DNA of 64,000 nt from Oscillospiraceae bacterium (GTDB lineage: Bacteria > Bacillota > Clostridia > Oscillospirales > CAG-272). Positions 10,636 through 18,720 of the stretch are shown here, one piece after another (position 1 is the first letter of the stretch; each line of letters begins with the position of its first letter). Under the pieces are notes generated by a model. It had not been told where the DNA came from and did not search any database. It saw only the letters and a list, made by a program, of their open reading frames with translations. The position numbers and the translations under genes were made by a program. The DNA lies in assembly GCA_015064805.1 (NCBI GenBank), contig SVRN01000006.1, forward strand, positions 16,216 to 80,215. The letters run 5' to 3'.

Positions 10636-10686
10636 ATCGTCACCCGCGCCCCAAGCATACCGTTTTCAATCAAAAAGGAGAAATTT

Positions 10687-11355
10687 ATGAGATTGACCAG
10701 CCTTCAGATCACTTCCGCCACTGCGTTCGACCTCTCCGCCGCCCTCACCGCGCCCATCTGCGTCTTCCACGGCCGTTATTCCGCCCTCGCCCTTGATCTT
10801 ATGCGGGAGCTGATCGGTGACGATCGTGCGGTCGAATCCCCCGACCGCATCGAGGACGGCCGCTTCGTCCTCCACGCAAACGTCAAAATGGACGACAAGG
10901 ATTACGCCCTGTGCTACATTCGCAACGCCGACTTTATGGGCGACAAGCGCATCGCCGTTAACTTCAAACCGGGCAGCATGGACTTTTCCCGGGATGACAC
11001 CGACGAATATCTTCGCAAAATCAAAAAGTGTCATACAAACGACAGTAACGTATTCGTCAAAAGCAAAGGTGCAGCCGACGCTTGCCTTTCCGAAGGAGAT
11101 TGGCAGATTGCCGCGTTCAACCGCTTTATCGAGCAAATTCCCGACGGCGATGAGCGCCCTTTGTTCGTTTACGATTTCTTTGATCACATCGACGAGGCGA
11201 TCGACGTTATCCCATATCTTGACAGGCTCGTCGCTCTTGGCAGACAGATCTTTGTGTCTGTCGGCGCGACGTATCCCATCGAGACGTTGATGCATGACGC
11301 GGTACGGCTCATCTCTACAGACAGCACGAATGAGCAACCGCAAGAGCCGGTATGA
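10687..11355 (+). CDS. hypothetical protein (gene A of a 3-gene operon of unknowns)
   Basis: 222 aa, starts MRLTSLQITSATAF with AAAGGAG RBS at 10674-10680. Acidic, with no motif recognised. The opposite-strand ORF 10666-11493 is judged spurious because it has no RBS. Confidence 0.65.
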   Translation: MRLTSLQITSATAFDLSAALTAPICVFHGRYSALALDLMRELIGDDRAVESPDRIEDGRFVLHANVKMDDKDYALCYIRNADFMGDKRIAVNFKPGSMDFSRDDTDEYLRKIKKCHTNDSNVFVKSKGAADACLSEGDWQIAAFNRFIEQIPDGDERPLFVYDFFDHIDEAIDVIPYLDRLVALGRQIFVSVGATYPIETLMHDAVRLISTDSTNEQPQEPV

Positions 11356-11404
11356 TCCTTGGCGATATTGCATACCCAAATACAAGAAACGAGGAATAAA
11401 GAAT

Positions 11405-11995
11405 ATGTTCAAATATTTCAATCCGCATCCCAAGGGAACGACCACGGAGGTTGGTGACTGCGTAAAGCGGTCGATCGTCGTGACAACAGGCATGGACTAC
11501 ATGGAGGTTCAGCGCGCGCTGAACGCATACAAAAAAATAACGGGCGCCAAAGCTTTTAACAGCGGGCACAATCCTCACCGATACGCGGAGGAGGTGCTGG
11601 GTGCAAAGAAAATCGCGGTTGCATCGGGCACGACCGTCGCGGATTTTTGTCGGGCGCACACACGCGGCAGATTCATTTTGGATCTGCCCGAGCACTGGGT
11701 CGGCGTGTACGATTCGGACTATTACGACACGTGGGATTGCGGCAAGGAAACGGTGAACTTTGCTTACGAGATCAGCACGCCCCTCTACACACCGCCAAAT
11801 CTCCAAAAACAGGTCTTCAAATATTGCTGTACCTCCAAAATCATTTCCGATACGCAAACGAGCATTCGCATTTACGATGGTAACGGCACCTTCGTTGAGC
11901 GAAAAATTCCGACCGAATTGACTGCCGGATACCTGTTGTGCCTGCAGCACAGCAACTACCAGTATATTAATCTTGACGAGGGAGAGAACAGATGA
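11405..11995 (+). CDS. hypothetical protein (gene B); conserved Cys/His residues
   Basis: 196 aa from MFKYFNPHPKG. GAGG RBS. Contains GDCVKRS...NPHRY...HTRGRF, a possible Cys-His catalytic dyad (speculative). Confidence 0.6.
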   Translation: MFKYFNPHPKGTTTEVGDCVKRSIVVTTGMDYMEVQRALNAYKKITGAKAFNSGHNPHRYAEEVLGAKKIAVASGTTVADFCRAHTRGRFILDLPEHWVGVYDSDYYDTWDCGKETVNFAYEISTPLYTPPNLQKQVFKYCCTSKIISDTQTSIRIYDGNGTFVERKIPTELTAGYLLCLQHSNYQYINLDEGENR

Positions 11996-12450
11996 GAGTC
12001 AGCATCTACTCAAAAGAAGCAATCAAGGCGTTGATCAAGGACGGATTTCCCGATAACGTCGCCGTCATCAGCTTTTGCAGTCCCCGGAAGGGGCGCCGTG
12101 CCGAGGAAGTGCGCGTCGATTTCCAAGGCGTATGCAATCGGGTGTTCTACGTTCTCATTCCCGACATTGATATTGAAATACTTGCCGATTACGGCTACAC
12201 CTACGAATCTTATCTTTCCGAGGCGGACGAGCTGGCAAAATTTATTTACGAGGCAAAAGAGTATGGCTTTGATCTGATCTGTCAATGCGATTTCGGTCAG
12301 AGCCGCTCTGCCGCCTGCGCCGCCGCTGTTTCAGAGCATTTTGAAGGGCGCGGGATTGATATATTTTCCGATTACCGCTACTACCCCAACCAGCTCGTAT
12401 ATCACAAGGTGTTTGATGCATTGGAAGCGTACAAGCAACGAAACGCGTAG
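11992..12450 (+). CDS. hypothetical protein (gene C) with PTP/DSP-type Cx5R P-loop (HCxxGxxRS-like: CDFGQSRS)
   Basis: 152 aa. Start overlaps the gene B stop (ATGA). Carries the motif ICQCDFGQSRSAACAAA = C-x5-R-S, the signature of tyrosine/dual-specificity phosphatase folds. Confidence 0.6.
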   Translation: MRVSIYSKEAIKALIKDGFPDNVAVISFCSPRKGRRAEEVRVDFQGVCNRVFYVLIPDIDIEILADYGYTYESYLSEADELAKFIYEAKEYGFDLICQCDFGQSRSAACAAAVSEHFEGRGIDIFSDYRYYPNQLVYHKVFDALEAYKQRNA

Positions 12451-12520
12451 CCAGGGCAAGTTGCATGGACGATATTCTTTCGATGTGTTTTTATACCGCA
12501 CAGATAACAAAAAAAGACGA

Positions 12521-12560
12521 TATCAAGACTTGTTTGGATATCGTCTTTTTGGGCAACCGT
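12521..12560. terminator. bidirectional rho-independent terminator
   Basis: AAAAAGACGATATC aagacttgtttg GATATCGTCTTTTT. Confidence 0.6.
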
Positions 12561-12575
12561 ACGGGACGCCGCCGC

Positions 12576-13086
12576 TGGCGGCTCGCGAGAGACGGGAATC
12601 TCGCCCTGCACCTGGTGAGCAAGCACCCGTGCGGGAATCCCCCTATGGCGGCTCGCGAGAGACGGGAATCGAACCCCGACCTCGTGTCGCTTTGCTCCAC
12701 GAGCTCAAAAAGAATATCTCGCGGGCTGAACACCCGCGCCTCGCTTTGCGAGGACGATATTCTTTCGATGGATTTTCAAACCATACAGCTACAAAAAAAG
12801 AACAAGGAGCACGAAGTGCTCCTTGTTCTTTTTTGGTGACCCGTACGGGAATCTCGCCCTGTACCTGGTGAGCAAGCACCCGTGCGGGAATCCCCCTATG
12901 GCGGCTCGCGAGAGACGGGAATCGAACCCCGACCTCGTGTCGCTTTGCTCCACGAGCTCAAAAAGAATATCTCGCGGGCTGAACACCCGCGCCTCGCTTT
13001 GCGAGGACGATATTCTTTCGATGGATTTTCAAACCATACAGCTACAAAAAAAGAACAAGGAGCACTTCGTGCTCCTTGTTCTTTTT
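12576..13086 (-). repeat. two tandem copies (258 bp and 253 bp, >95% identical) of a unit = tRNA 3'-end fragment + 43-bp module + tRNA-like T-arm element + hairpin terminator
   Basis: Copy 1 is 12576-12833 and copy 2 is 12834-13086. Each starts, on the minus strand, with a 20-25-nt tRNA 3' end (GATTCCCGTACGGGTCACCA = tRNA-Glu 3' end, or GATTCCCGTCTCTCGCGAGCCGCCA). Each contains GGGTTCGATTCCCGT (T-loop/T-stem), identical to tRNA-Glu, and ends with the AAGAACAAGGAGCAC / GTGCTCCTTGTTCTT hairpin. Confidence 0.8.
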
Positions 13087-13161
13087 TGGTGACCCGTACG
13101 GGAATCGAACCCATGTTTTCGCCGTGAGAGGGCGATGTCTTAGCCGCTTGACCAACGGGCC
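13087..13161 (-). tRNA. tRNA-Glu (anticodon CUC), CCA encoded
   Basis: Reverse complement is GGCCCGTTGGTCAAGCGGCTAAGACATCGCCCTCTCACGGCGAAAACATGGGTTCGATTCCCGTACGGGTCACCA. It has a 7-bp acceptor stem, a D arm, anticodon stem TCGCC/GGCGA with loop CTCTCAC (anticodon CTC), the T arm ATGGG-TTCGATT-CCCGT, and a terminal CCA. Confidence 0.85.
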
Positions 13162-13191
13162 AAAATTGCGGTCGCTCTTGCGACCTTGCCT

Positions 13192-13220
13192 ATTATATCA
13201 CACGGCTTTTTATTTGTCAA
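13192..13220 (-). promoter_or_regulatory. sigmaA-type promoter for tRNA-Glu
   Basis: Minus strand TTGACA(13220-13215), 17-nt spacer, TATAAT(13197-13192), about 30 nt upstream of the tRNA 5' end. Confidence 0.55.
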
Positions 13221-13269
13221 GTATTTTTTGAAAAAATTTTTGCGTTTTTGTTTTGCAAAAATATGCCGC

Positions 13270-13869
13270 CTATGCCTCATCCGTTCTGCCGACCAACGCG
13301 AGGTATTCGTCATAGGTGCAAAGCAGGCGCAACGCGGCAAGCAGGGCGTTGGGAGTCATGCCCGAGGGCAGGCCAAGTGAAGTTGCCAGCGCATCGCGGC
13401 GGTTGGTGCTATTCTCCTTGCCTGTCAATCCGTCGATATAAAAATCGGTCTTGGACAGGGGATTTTCCATGGCGCGGGCGACGGCATTTTCGTCCTCATA
13501 GGGCTTGAGCAGATCGTAGAGCAGCTGTTGCTCCATGCCCTCCACGCCCAACGTGCCCTCGGCGGAGGGCTGGGATTTGCGCTTTTCCTTGCCCTTGATC
13601 TGGGGGATATAGAGCTGGATGAGACGATCTGCAGGAACGGCGCTGGTGATATGCGAGCGGATGAGTTTGCCCGCGCCGTCGCTGTCGGTCAGGAGAATGA
13701 TGGGGCTCTTCTCTGCCAGCGCGCGGATGAGGGTGAGCTTTTCCTTATGATTGAACACGCCGAAGCCGTCGGTGGTGATGATCTGGCCGTTCATGATACA
13801 CTGCAGGCGTTGCTTGTCGTAGCGGCCCTCGACGATGACGGGGTATGGGATATTCAGTTTTTGTGTCAT
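13270..13869 (-). CDS. rnmV: ribonuclease M5 (Toprim domain, 5S rRNA maturase)
   Basis: MTQKLNIPYPVIVEGRYDKQRL...ILLTDSDGAGKLIR matches the Toprim DxD motif. AGGAGG RBS. Confidence 0.85.
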   Translation of the reverse strand: MTQKLNIPYPVIVEGRYDKQRLQCIMNGQIITTDGFGVFNHKEKLTLIRALAEKSPIILLTDSDGAGKLIRSHITSAVPADRLIQLYIPQIKGKEKRKSQPSAEGTLGVEGMEQQLLYDLLKPYEDENAVARAMENPLSKTDFYIDGLTGKENSTNRRDALATSLGLPSGMTPNALLAALRLLCTYDEYLALVGRTDEA

Positions 13870-13899
13870 GAGGGTGGCCTCCTGTAATTTTTATACGAC

Positions 13900-14336
13900 T
13901 GTTCCTACGGACGATCATACTGCGCACTTTGTGCGCGCTGATCTGTGCCAATTTGATATGCCATTTCTTTGTCGCTGAACAAAGAAATGGCGAAAGAAAA
14001 TCAGCCAAAGGCTACCGCCTTTGGAAACTGCGCCTCCCGCCGTTCTGACAATGAACGGCGGGGCTGATAGTCCTGCAAAATTCCTCCATCTCGGGGCATA
14101 GTTCCCACCTCGCAGATGGGGTAGCAAGGCAGTTGCCCTACGCAAAGGCAAATCTAACGTGGTGGAGCGGATGGGATAGGGACCCGCCGCTCGCGGGAGT
14201 ACCTTTGGAGCAACGTGCTTCCTTCCCCCTACAGGGTTAGGAGAAGTTGCAAGGGCGAGCTTTCATTTTCCTTTTTGAAAGTTCTTGGGGGGCGTGGGGG
14301 ACTTCTTTCAAGAAGTCCCCCACACAACGCGCCCCT
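13900..14336. repeat. intergenic block of mosaic palindromic repeat modules (modules B, C, GGATAGG-type)
   Basis: GCCATTTCTTTGT-cgctga-ACAAAGAAATGGC (13960-13992). CCGCCGTTC..GAACGGCGG (14037-14062). CCTCCATCTCGGGGCATAG..CCACCTCGCAGATGGGG (14078-14127). GGGGGACTTCTT-tc-AAGAAGTCCCCC (14291-14322). The same modules recur elsewhere in the window. Confidence 0.7.
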
Positions 14337-15224
14337 TTATCTGACAAAAGCCCAGACGAGCACCAGCACGCCCAGTGCGATGCGGTAGACGCCGAAGGCG
14401 GAGAAGGTATGGCGTTTGACGAAATCGGTCAGGAAGCGGATGGCCGCAAGGGAGACGACGAAAGAGACAAGGCAACCGACGGCCAGCGTCACGTAGGCCA
14501 TGACGGGAACGGTCGTACCGCTCTCCAACACGTATTTGACGAAGCCCAGCGCCTTGATGGCGCTCGCGCCCGCCATAGCAGGGATGGCCATGAAGAAGGA
14601 AAATTCGGCGGCGGTCGCACGGGAGAGCCCCAGCATCATCGAGCCAAGAATGGTCGAACCCGAGCGCGAGGTGCCGGGAATGAGCGAGAGCGCCTGAAAC
14701 GCGCCGATGCACAAGGCGGTCGGCAGCGTGATATCCTCCACCCGCTCGATGCGAGGAGCGGTGTTCTTTCGGAATTTTTCAATCAAAATAAAGGCAACGC
14801 CGTAGACGATCAAGGCGATGGCCACGACGACGGAATTGTACAGCCAGCCGTCCATATCCTTGCCCGTCTGCGCTTCCAGTATTTTGTCCAGCACCAGACC
14901 AACGAAGGCGGCGGGAATGCTCGCAACGAGCACCCTGCCCCACAGTCGCCAGATCGCTTTGCGCTCATTTACTGCCGCTCGGCGGGAAAAGGGCCACAGC
15001 TTGCCCCAGAACAGCACGACGACGGCAAGGATGGCGCCAAGCTGAATGACCACCTGGAACATCTCGTAAAATTCGTCCATAAAGACGGCGTCCGAGGTGA
15101 AACGGAAGGACAGAAGATCCTCCAGCAAAATCAGATGCCCCGTCGAGCTGACGGGCAGCCATTCGGTAATGCCCTCGACGATGCCGTAGACGATGGCCTT
15201 GAGAAGTTCGATGAAGGTTGACAT
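14337..15224 (-). CDS. uppP: undecaprenyl-diphosphate phosphatase
   Basis: MSTFIELLKAIVYGIVEGITEWLPVSSTGHLIL... is the BacA/UppP signature. It is a polytopic membrane protein. Confidence 0.9.
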   Translation of the reverse strand: MSTFIELLKAIVYGIVEGITEWLPVSSTGHLILLEDLLSFRFTSDAVFMDEFYEMFQVVIQLGAILAVVVLFWGKLWPFSRRAAVNERKAIWRLWGRVLVASIPAAFVGLVLDKILEAQTGKDMDGWLYNSVVVAIALIVYGVAFILIEKFRKNTAPRIERVEDITLPTALCIGAFQALSLIPGTSRSGSTILGSMMLGLSRATAAEFSFFMAIPAMAGASAIKALGFVKYVLESGTTVPVMAYVTLAVGCLVSFVVSLAAIRFLTDFVKRHTFSAFGVYRIALGVLVLVWAFVR

Positions 15225-15245
15225 ATAACACTCCTTTTTGTGTTA

Positions 15246-15382
15246 GGGAAAACCCCACTTGTGGTTTTCCTTTTCAAACGGCTTTCGGGCACTTGGGAAG
15301 GATAGGAGATTTCGCCCTCTGCACAGGGCGACCAAAGGCGCCGCCTTTGGAAACCGCAAGCCTTTTGAAAAAGGCTTGACCG
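15246..15382. repeat. dispersed repeat module A (second copy at 32968-33122)
   Basis: GGGAAAACCCCACTTGTGGTTTTCC hairpin plus GGATAGGAGATTTCGCCCTCTGCACAGGGCGA palindrome plus GCCGCCTTTGGAAA...CCTTTTGAAAAAGG. It is near-identical in arrangement to 32968-33122. Confidence 0.75.
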
Positions 15383-15399
15383 AAAACGTTAATTGAGGT

Positions 15400-16668
15400 T
15401 TATTCCCCTGCCCTGAGGATATCGCCCTCTTTCACCTCGTAAGGCACGCGGATGTAAAAGGGCTGGGAGGGATGGGGAGCGGCGGGGATGGGATTGCCCT
15501 CGGCGTCGTACAGCTCCTGCACGGTAAAGGGCTTGCCGATCTGACCGGGGGTAAGCAGTTCCGCCGTATCTCCCACACAGATCTTATTTTTCAGTTTAAA
15601 GAAAGCGAGCGTTCCCTGCTCGGTCGTTTTCGGAGGAAGTGCCTCGGGAGGCGTCACCTCATTATACGGCCGCGCGATGGCGAAATATGCTTTTTCGCGG
15701 ATGTAGCCGACCGTAGAGGCGAGGTTGCTCACCTTACGGCAATCGTCCAGATAATAGCCCGTGCAGTATTCGCGGTGGGAAACGCTCTCAAGCTCGCGCA
15801 TCCATTCGTCACGGTAGACGTACCGCTCGGGATCGGCGGCGTAGGCGTCCATCGCCATGCGGTAGGCGTTAGTGACGACGGCGGTATAGTAGGCACTTTT
15901 CATGCGGCCCTCGATCTTGAAGGAGTTGATCCCGCACTTCATCAGTTCGGGAACGTGATCGATCATGCACATATCCTTGGAGGACAAAATAAAGGTGCCA
16001 AGGTCGGTCGTCTCGATCGGAAGAGGCTGATCGGGGCGTTTTTCCTCGACCAGCGTATAGTTCCAGCGGCAGGGCTGGGCGCAGGCGCCGCGGTTGCCGT
16101 CGCGGCCCGTCAGCTCGTTGGACAGCATGCACCGCCCGCTGTAGGATACGCACATAGAGCCGTGCATAAAGGCCTCCAGCTCGACGTCGTCGGGAATGGC
16201 CTCGCGGATGGCGCGGATCTCGTCCAGATTCAATTCTCTCGCCAATACCAAGCGCTTGGCGCCAAGGCGCACGAAGGACTGTGCCGTTGCGGGACTGCAA
16301 ATGCCCGCCTGCGTCGAGATATGGATCTCCATTTCGGGCCACAGCGCGCGCACGGTGTCCATGACGCCAAGGTCGGCGACGATCACGGCATCCACCAAAA
16401 CGGCGCGATCACGAAGCTCGCAAATAAACGCGCGCAGATCGGCGTACTCGTGGGCGCGGGGCATGGTGTTGAGCGTCAGATATATTTTCTTGCCGCGCTC
16501 GTGGGCGTAGGCCACCGCGCAGGACAACTCGTCTATGGTAAAGTTATCGGCGGCCGAGCGCATACCGAAGCGCTGTCCCGCCAGATAGACGGCGTCAGCA
16601 CCGTAGCGCAGCGCGGCTTGCATTTTTTCAAAATTCCCCGCAGGGGACAAAAGTTCGGGCATTTTCAT
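15400..16668 (-). CDS. U32 family peptidase
   Basis: MKMPELLSPAGNFEKMQAALRYGADAVYLAGQRFGMRS... is the peptidase U32 N-terminal signature. The ORF-track start at 16695 is an extension. ATG at 16668. Confidence 0.85.
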   Translation of the reverse strand: MKMPELLSPAGNFEKMQAALRYGADAVYLAGQRFGMRSAADNFTIDELSCAVAYAHERGKKIYLTLNTMPRAHEYADLRAFICELRDRAVLVDAVIVADLGVMDTVRALWPEMEIHISTQAGICSPATAQSFVRLGAKRLVLARELNLDEIRAIREAIPDDVELEAFMHGSMCVSYSGRCMLSNELTGRDGNRGACAQPCRWNYTLVEEKRPDQPLPIETTDLGTFILSSKDMCMIDHVPELMKCGINSFKIEGRMKSAYYTAVVTNAYRMAMDAYAADPERYVYRDEWMRELESVSHREYCTGYYLDDCRKVSNLASTVGYIREKAYFAIARPYNEVTPPEALPPKTTEQGTLAFFKLKNKICVGDTAELLTPGQIGKPFTVQELYDAEGNPIPAAPHPSQPFYIRVPYEVKEGDILRAGE

Positions 16669-16741
16669 AATATGACCTCTATCGTGGAAGAACACCGTCC
16701 GCCATGTTGATCGACAATACGGCGGACGGCTCTCTCATTTT

Positions 16742-18532
16742 TTATTCTTTTTCTACGATGCTGAGATACAGCTCGGAGAGTGCCTTGGGATCAGCAGGCG
16801 CGGGGCAAGCGGACATGAGCTCGGAGGCGTTCTGTACCTTGGGGAAGGCGATGACGTCACGCAGGCTGTCGGCACCGCACATGACCATCGCCAGACGGTC
16901 CAGACCCATACCCGAACCACCGTGAGGCGGTGCGCCGTACTTATAGGCGTCAACGAGGAAGCCGAACTTGGCATTGATCTCCTCTTTGGTCAGGCCCAGG
17001 ACGTTGAACATTCTCTCCTGCAGCTGCCAATCGGTGATACGGATGGAGCCCGAGAGCAGCTCGGTGCCGTTGAGAACCATATCGTAGCACTTGGCGCGGA
17101 CGGAGCCGGGATCACTCTCCAGGCTGTCGAGGCATTCCTCAAGCGGCATGGTGAAGGGGTGGTGCATCGCATCCCAGTGCTGCGTTTCCTCGTTCCACTC
17201 GAAGAAGGGGAACTCGGTGATCCACAGGAAGTTGAACTTACCCTCGGGAATGAGGTTCAGCTTCTTGGCAACGATGGTACGCAGCGCGCCCAGAACGGGC
17301 AGCGTGACCTTGTTCTTATCGGCAACGATCAGAGCGACGTCGCCCTGCTTCATGCCGAGCTTTGCGATGATAGCGGACAGCTCGTCCTCGGTGAGGAACT
17401 TGGCAAACGAGCAGTTGGGCGCCTCATCGACCCAACGGATGTAGGCCAGGCCCTTGGCACCGATGCCGCGGGCGTGCTCGGTCAGCTTGTCGATCTCCTT
17501 GCGGGTCAGGGTTGCGGCCGCATGTTCAGCCACGATGGCGCGGACGCTTCCACCATTTGCGATGGCGTCGGTGAACACGCCAAAGCCACAGCCGGCGACG
17601 GTATCGGACAGGTCGTTGATCAGCATGTCGTAGCGGGTATCGGGCTTATCGGAGCCGTACTTGTCCATCGCCTCGGCAAACGTCATGCGGCGCATGGGCG
17701 TTTCGATGTCGATGTTCATGACCTCGCGGAAGACGCGCTTGATGAAGCCCTCGTTCATGGCCATGATGTCCTCCTGCGTTGCAAAGGACATTTCCAGGTC
17801 GATCTGGGTAAACTCGGGCTGACGGTCGGCGCGGAGGTCCTCGTCGCGGAAGCAACGGGCCAGCTGGATGTAGCGGTCAAAGCCGGACAGCATGAGCAGC
17901 TGCTTGTAGATCTGGGGCGACTGGGGAAGAGCGTACATACAGCCGTGGTGAATACGGGAGGGGACGACGTAGTCGCGGGCGCCCTCGGGCGTGGGCTTGA
18001 TGAGCATGGGCGTCTCGATCTCGTAGAAGCCGTTTTCATAGTAATACTCACGGGCCACGCGAGCGATCTCGTGACGCATGCGGATGTTCTTCTGCAATTC
18101 GGGTCTGCGCAGGTCGATATAGCGGTGGCGCAGAGCGATGTCCTCGCCGACCTTCTTGCCCGCACCTACCTCGAAGGGAGGGGTCTGGGCGGCGGAGAGC
18201 ACCTTGAACTCGGTGACGAAGATCTCGACCATACCCGTGGGTAAATTGGGATTGGTTGCGCCCTCGCCGCGGGCACGGACGACACCGTGAGCCGCTACGA
18301 CGAACTCGGAGCGGCAGCGGAAGGCCTTCTCGAAAATATCCTTGTCGCTCTCGCTGTCAAAGGCGAGCTGGACGATACCCGTGCGGTCGCGCAGGTCAAT
18401 AAAAATCAAAGCACCCAGGTCGCGCTGGCGCTGTACCCAGCCCATGACGCAGACTTCTTTGCCGATGTCCGACTCGCGCAGCTCTGCACAGTAATGTGTT
18501 CTTCTGTCTTTTTCACTCAAAAATTCTGCCAT
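16742..18532 (-). CDS. aspS: aspartate--tRNA ligase
   Basis: MAEFLSEKDRRTHYCAELRESDIGKEVCVMGWVQRQRDLGALIFIDLRDRTGIVQ... shows class-II motifs and a GAD insertion. GAGGAG RBS. The ORF-track start at 18592 is an extension. Confidence 0.95.
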   Translation of the reverse strand: MAEFLSEKDRRTHYCAELRESDIGKEVCVMGWVQRQRDLGALIFIDLRDRTGIVQLAFDSESDKDIFEKAFRCRSEFVVAAHGVVRARGEGATNPNLPTGMVEIFVTEFKVLSAAQTPPFEVGAGKKVGEDIALRHRYIDLRRPELQKNIRMRHEIARVAREYYYENGFYEIETPMLIKPTPEGARDYVVPSRIHHGCMYALPQSPQIYKQLLMLSGFDRYIQLARCFRDEDLRADRQPEFTQIDLEMSFATQEDIMAMNEGFIKRVFREVMNIDIETPMRRMTFAEAMDKYGSDKPDTRYDMLINDLSDTVAGCGFGVFTDAIANGGSVRAIVAEHAAATLTRKEIDKLTEHARGIGAKGLAYIRWVDEAPNCSFAKFLTEDELSAIIAKLGMKQGDVALIVADKNKVTLPVLGALRTIVAKKLNLIPEGKFNFLWITEFPFFEWNEETQHWDAMHHPFTMPLEECLDSLESDPGSVRAKCYDMVLNGTELLSGSIRITDWQLQERMFNVLGLTKEEINAKFGFLVDAYKYGAPPHGGSGMGLDRLAMVMCGADSLRDVIAFPKVQNASELMSACPAPADPKALSELYLSIVEKE

Positions 18533-18597
18533 TTTATTTTTCTCCTCTGTTGGATGATTCCATCGGATTTCGCTATACACATAGCAATACATGATAT

Positions 18598-18625
18598 ATT
18601 ATACACCAAAACGGGCGATTGTCAA
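18598..18625 (-). promoter_or_regulatory. sigmaA-type promoter for aspS
   Basis: Minus strand TTGACA(18625-18620), 16-nt spacer, TATAAT(18603-18598). Confidence 0.45.
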
Positions 18626-18720
18626 GATTGTGGGGAGATTTTTTGCCATGCGGCAGATCGGATTTTACCGAAAAGCAATCCGCCCCGACGCGGACGCATC
18701 GGAGCGGACGAAATATCAAA

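Noticed and set aside
10666-11493. 275-aa ORF on minus strand opposite gene A/B
   Set aside because: It has no RBS and spans two plus-strand genes that do have RBSs and operon coupling. It is a typical high-GC antisense open frame.
12646-12760. Possibility that the tRNA-like element with GGGTTCGATTCCCGT...GCCGCCA is a selenocysteine tRNA, class-II tRNA or tmRNA 3' domain
   Set aside because: Manual folding finds no 5' strand complementary to the 3' terminal 7-8 nt and no D arm. The T-stem pairs only 3 bp. The putative anticodon hairpin does not give UCA. It is recorded as a tRNA-like fragment pending tRNAscan/Infernal.
12341-13127. Multiple overlapping ORFs (12341-12871, 12465-12839, 12823-13092, 12882-13127 and minus-strand partners) with repeated peptide segments
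   Set aside because: They are translations of the tandem tRNA-fragment repeat units and of tRNA-Glu itself. They have no RBS, have repeat-derived identical segments, and overlap on both strands.
16922-18244. 440-aa plus-strand ORF
   Set aside because: It is antisense to aspS. It is a GC-rich frame artefact.
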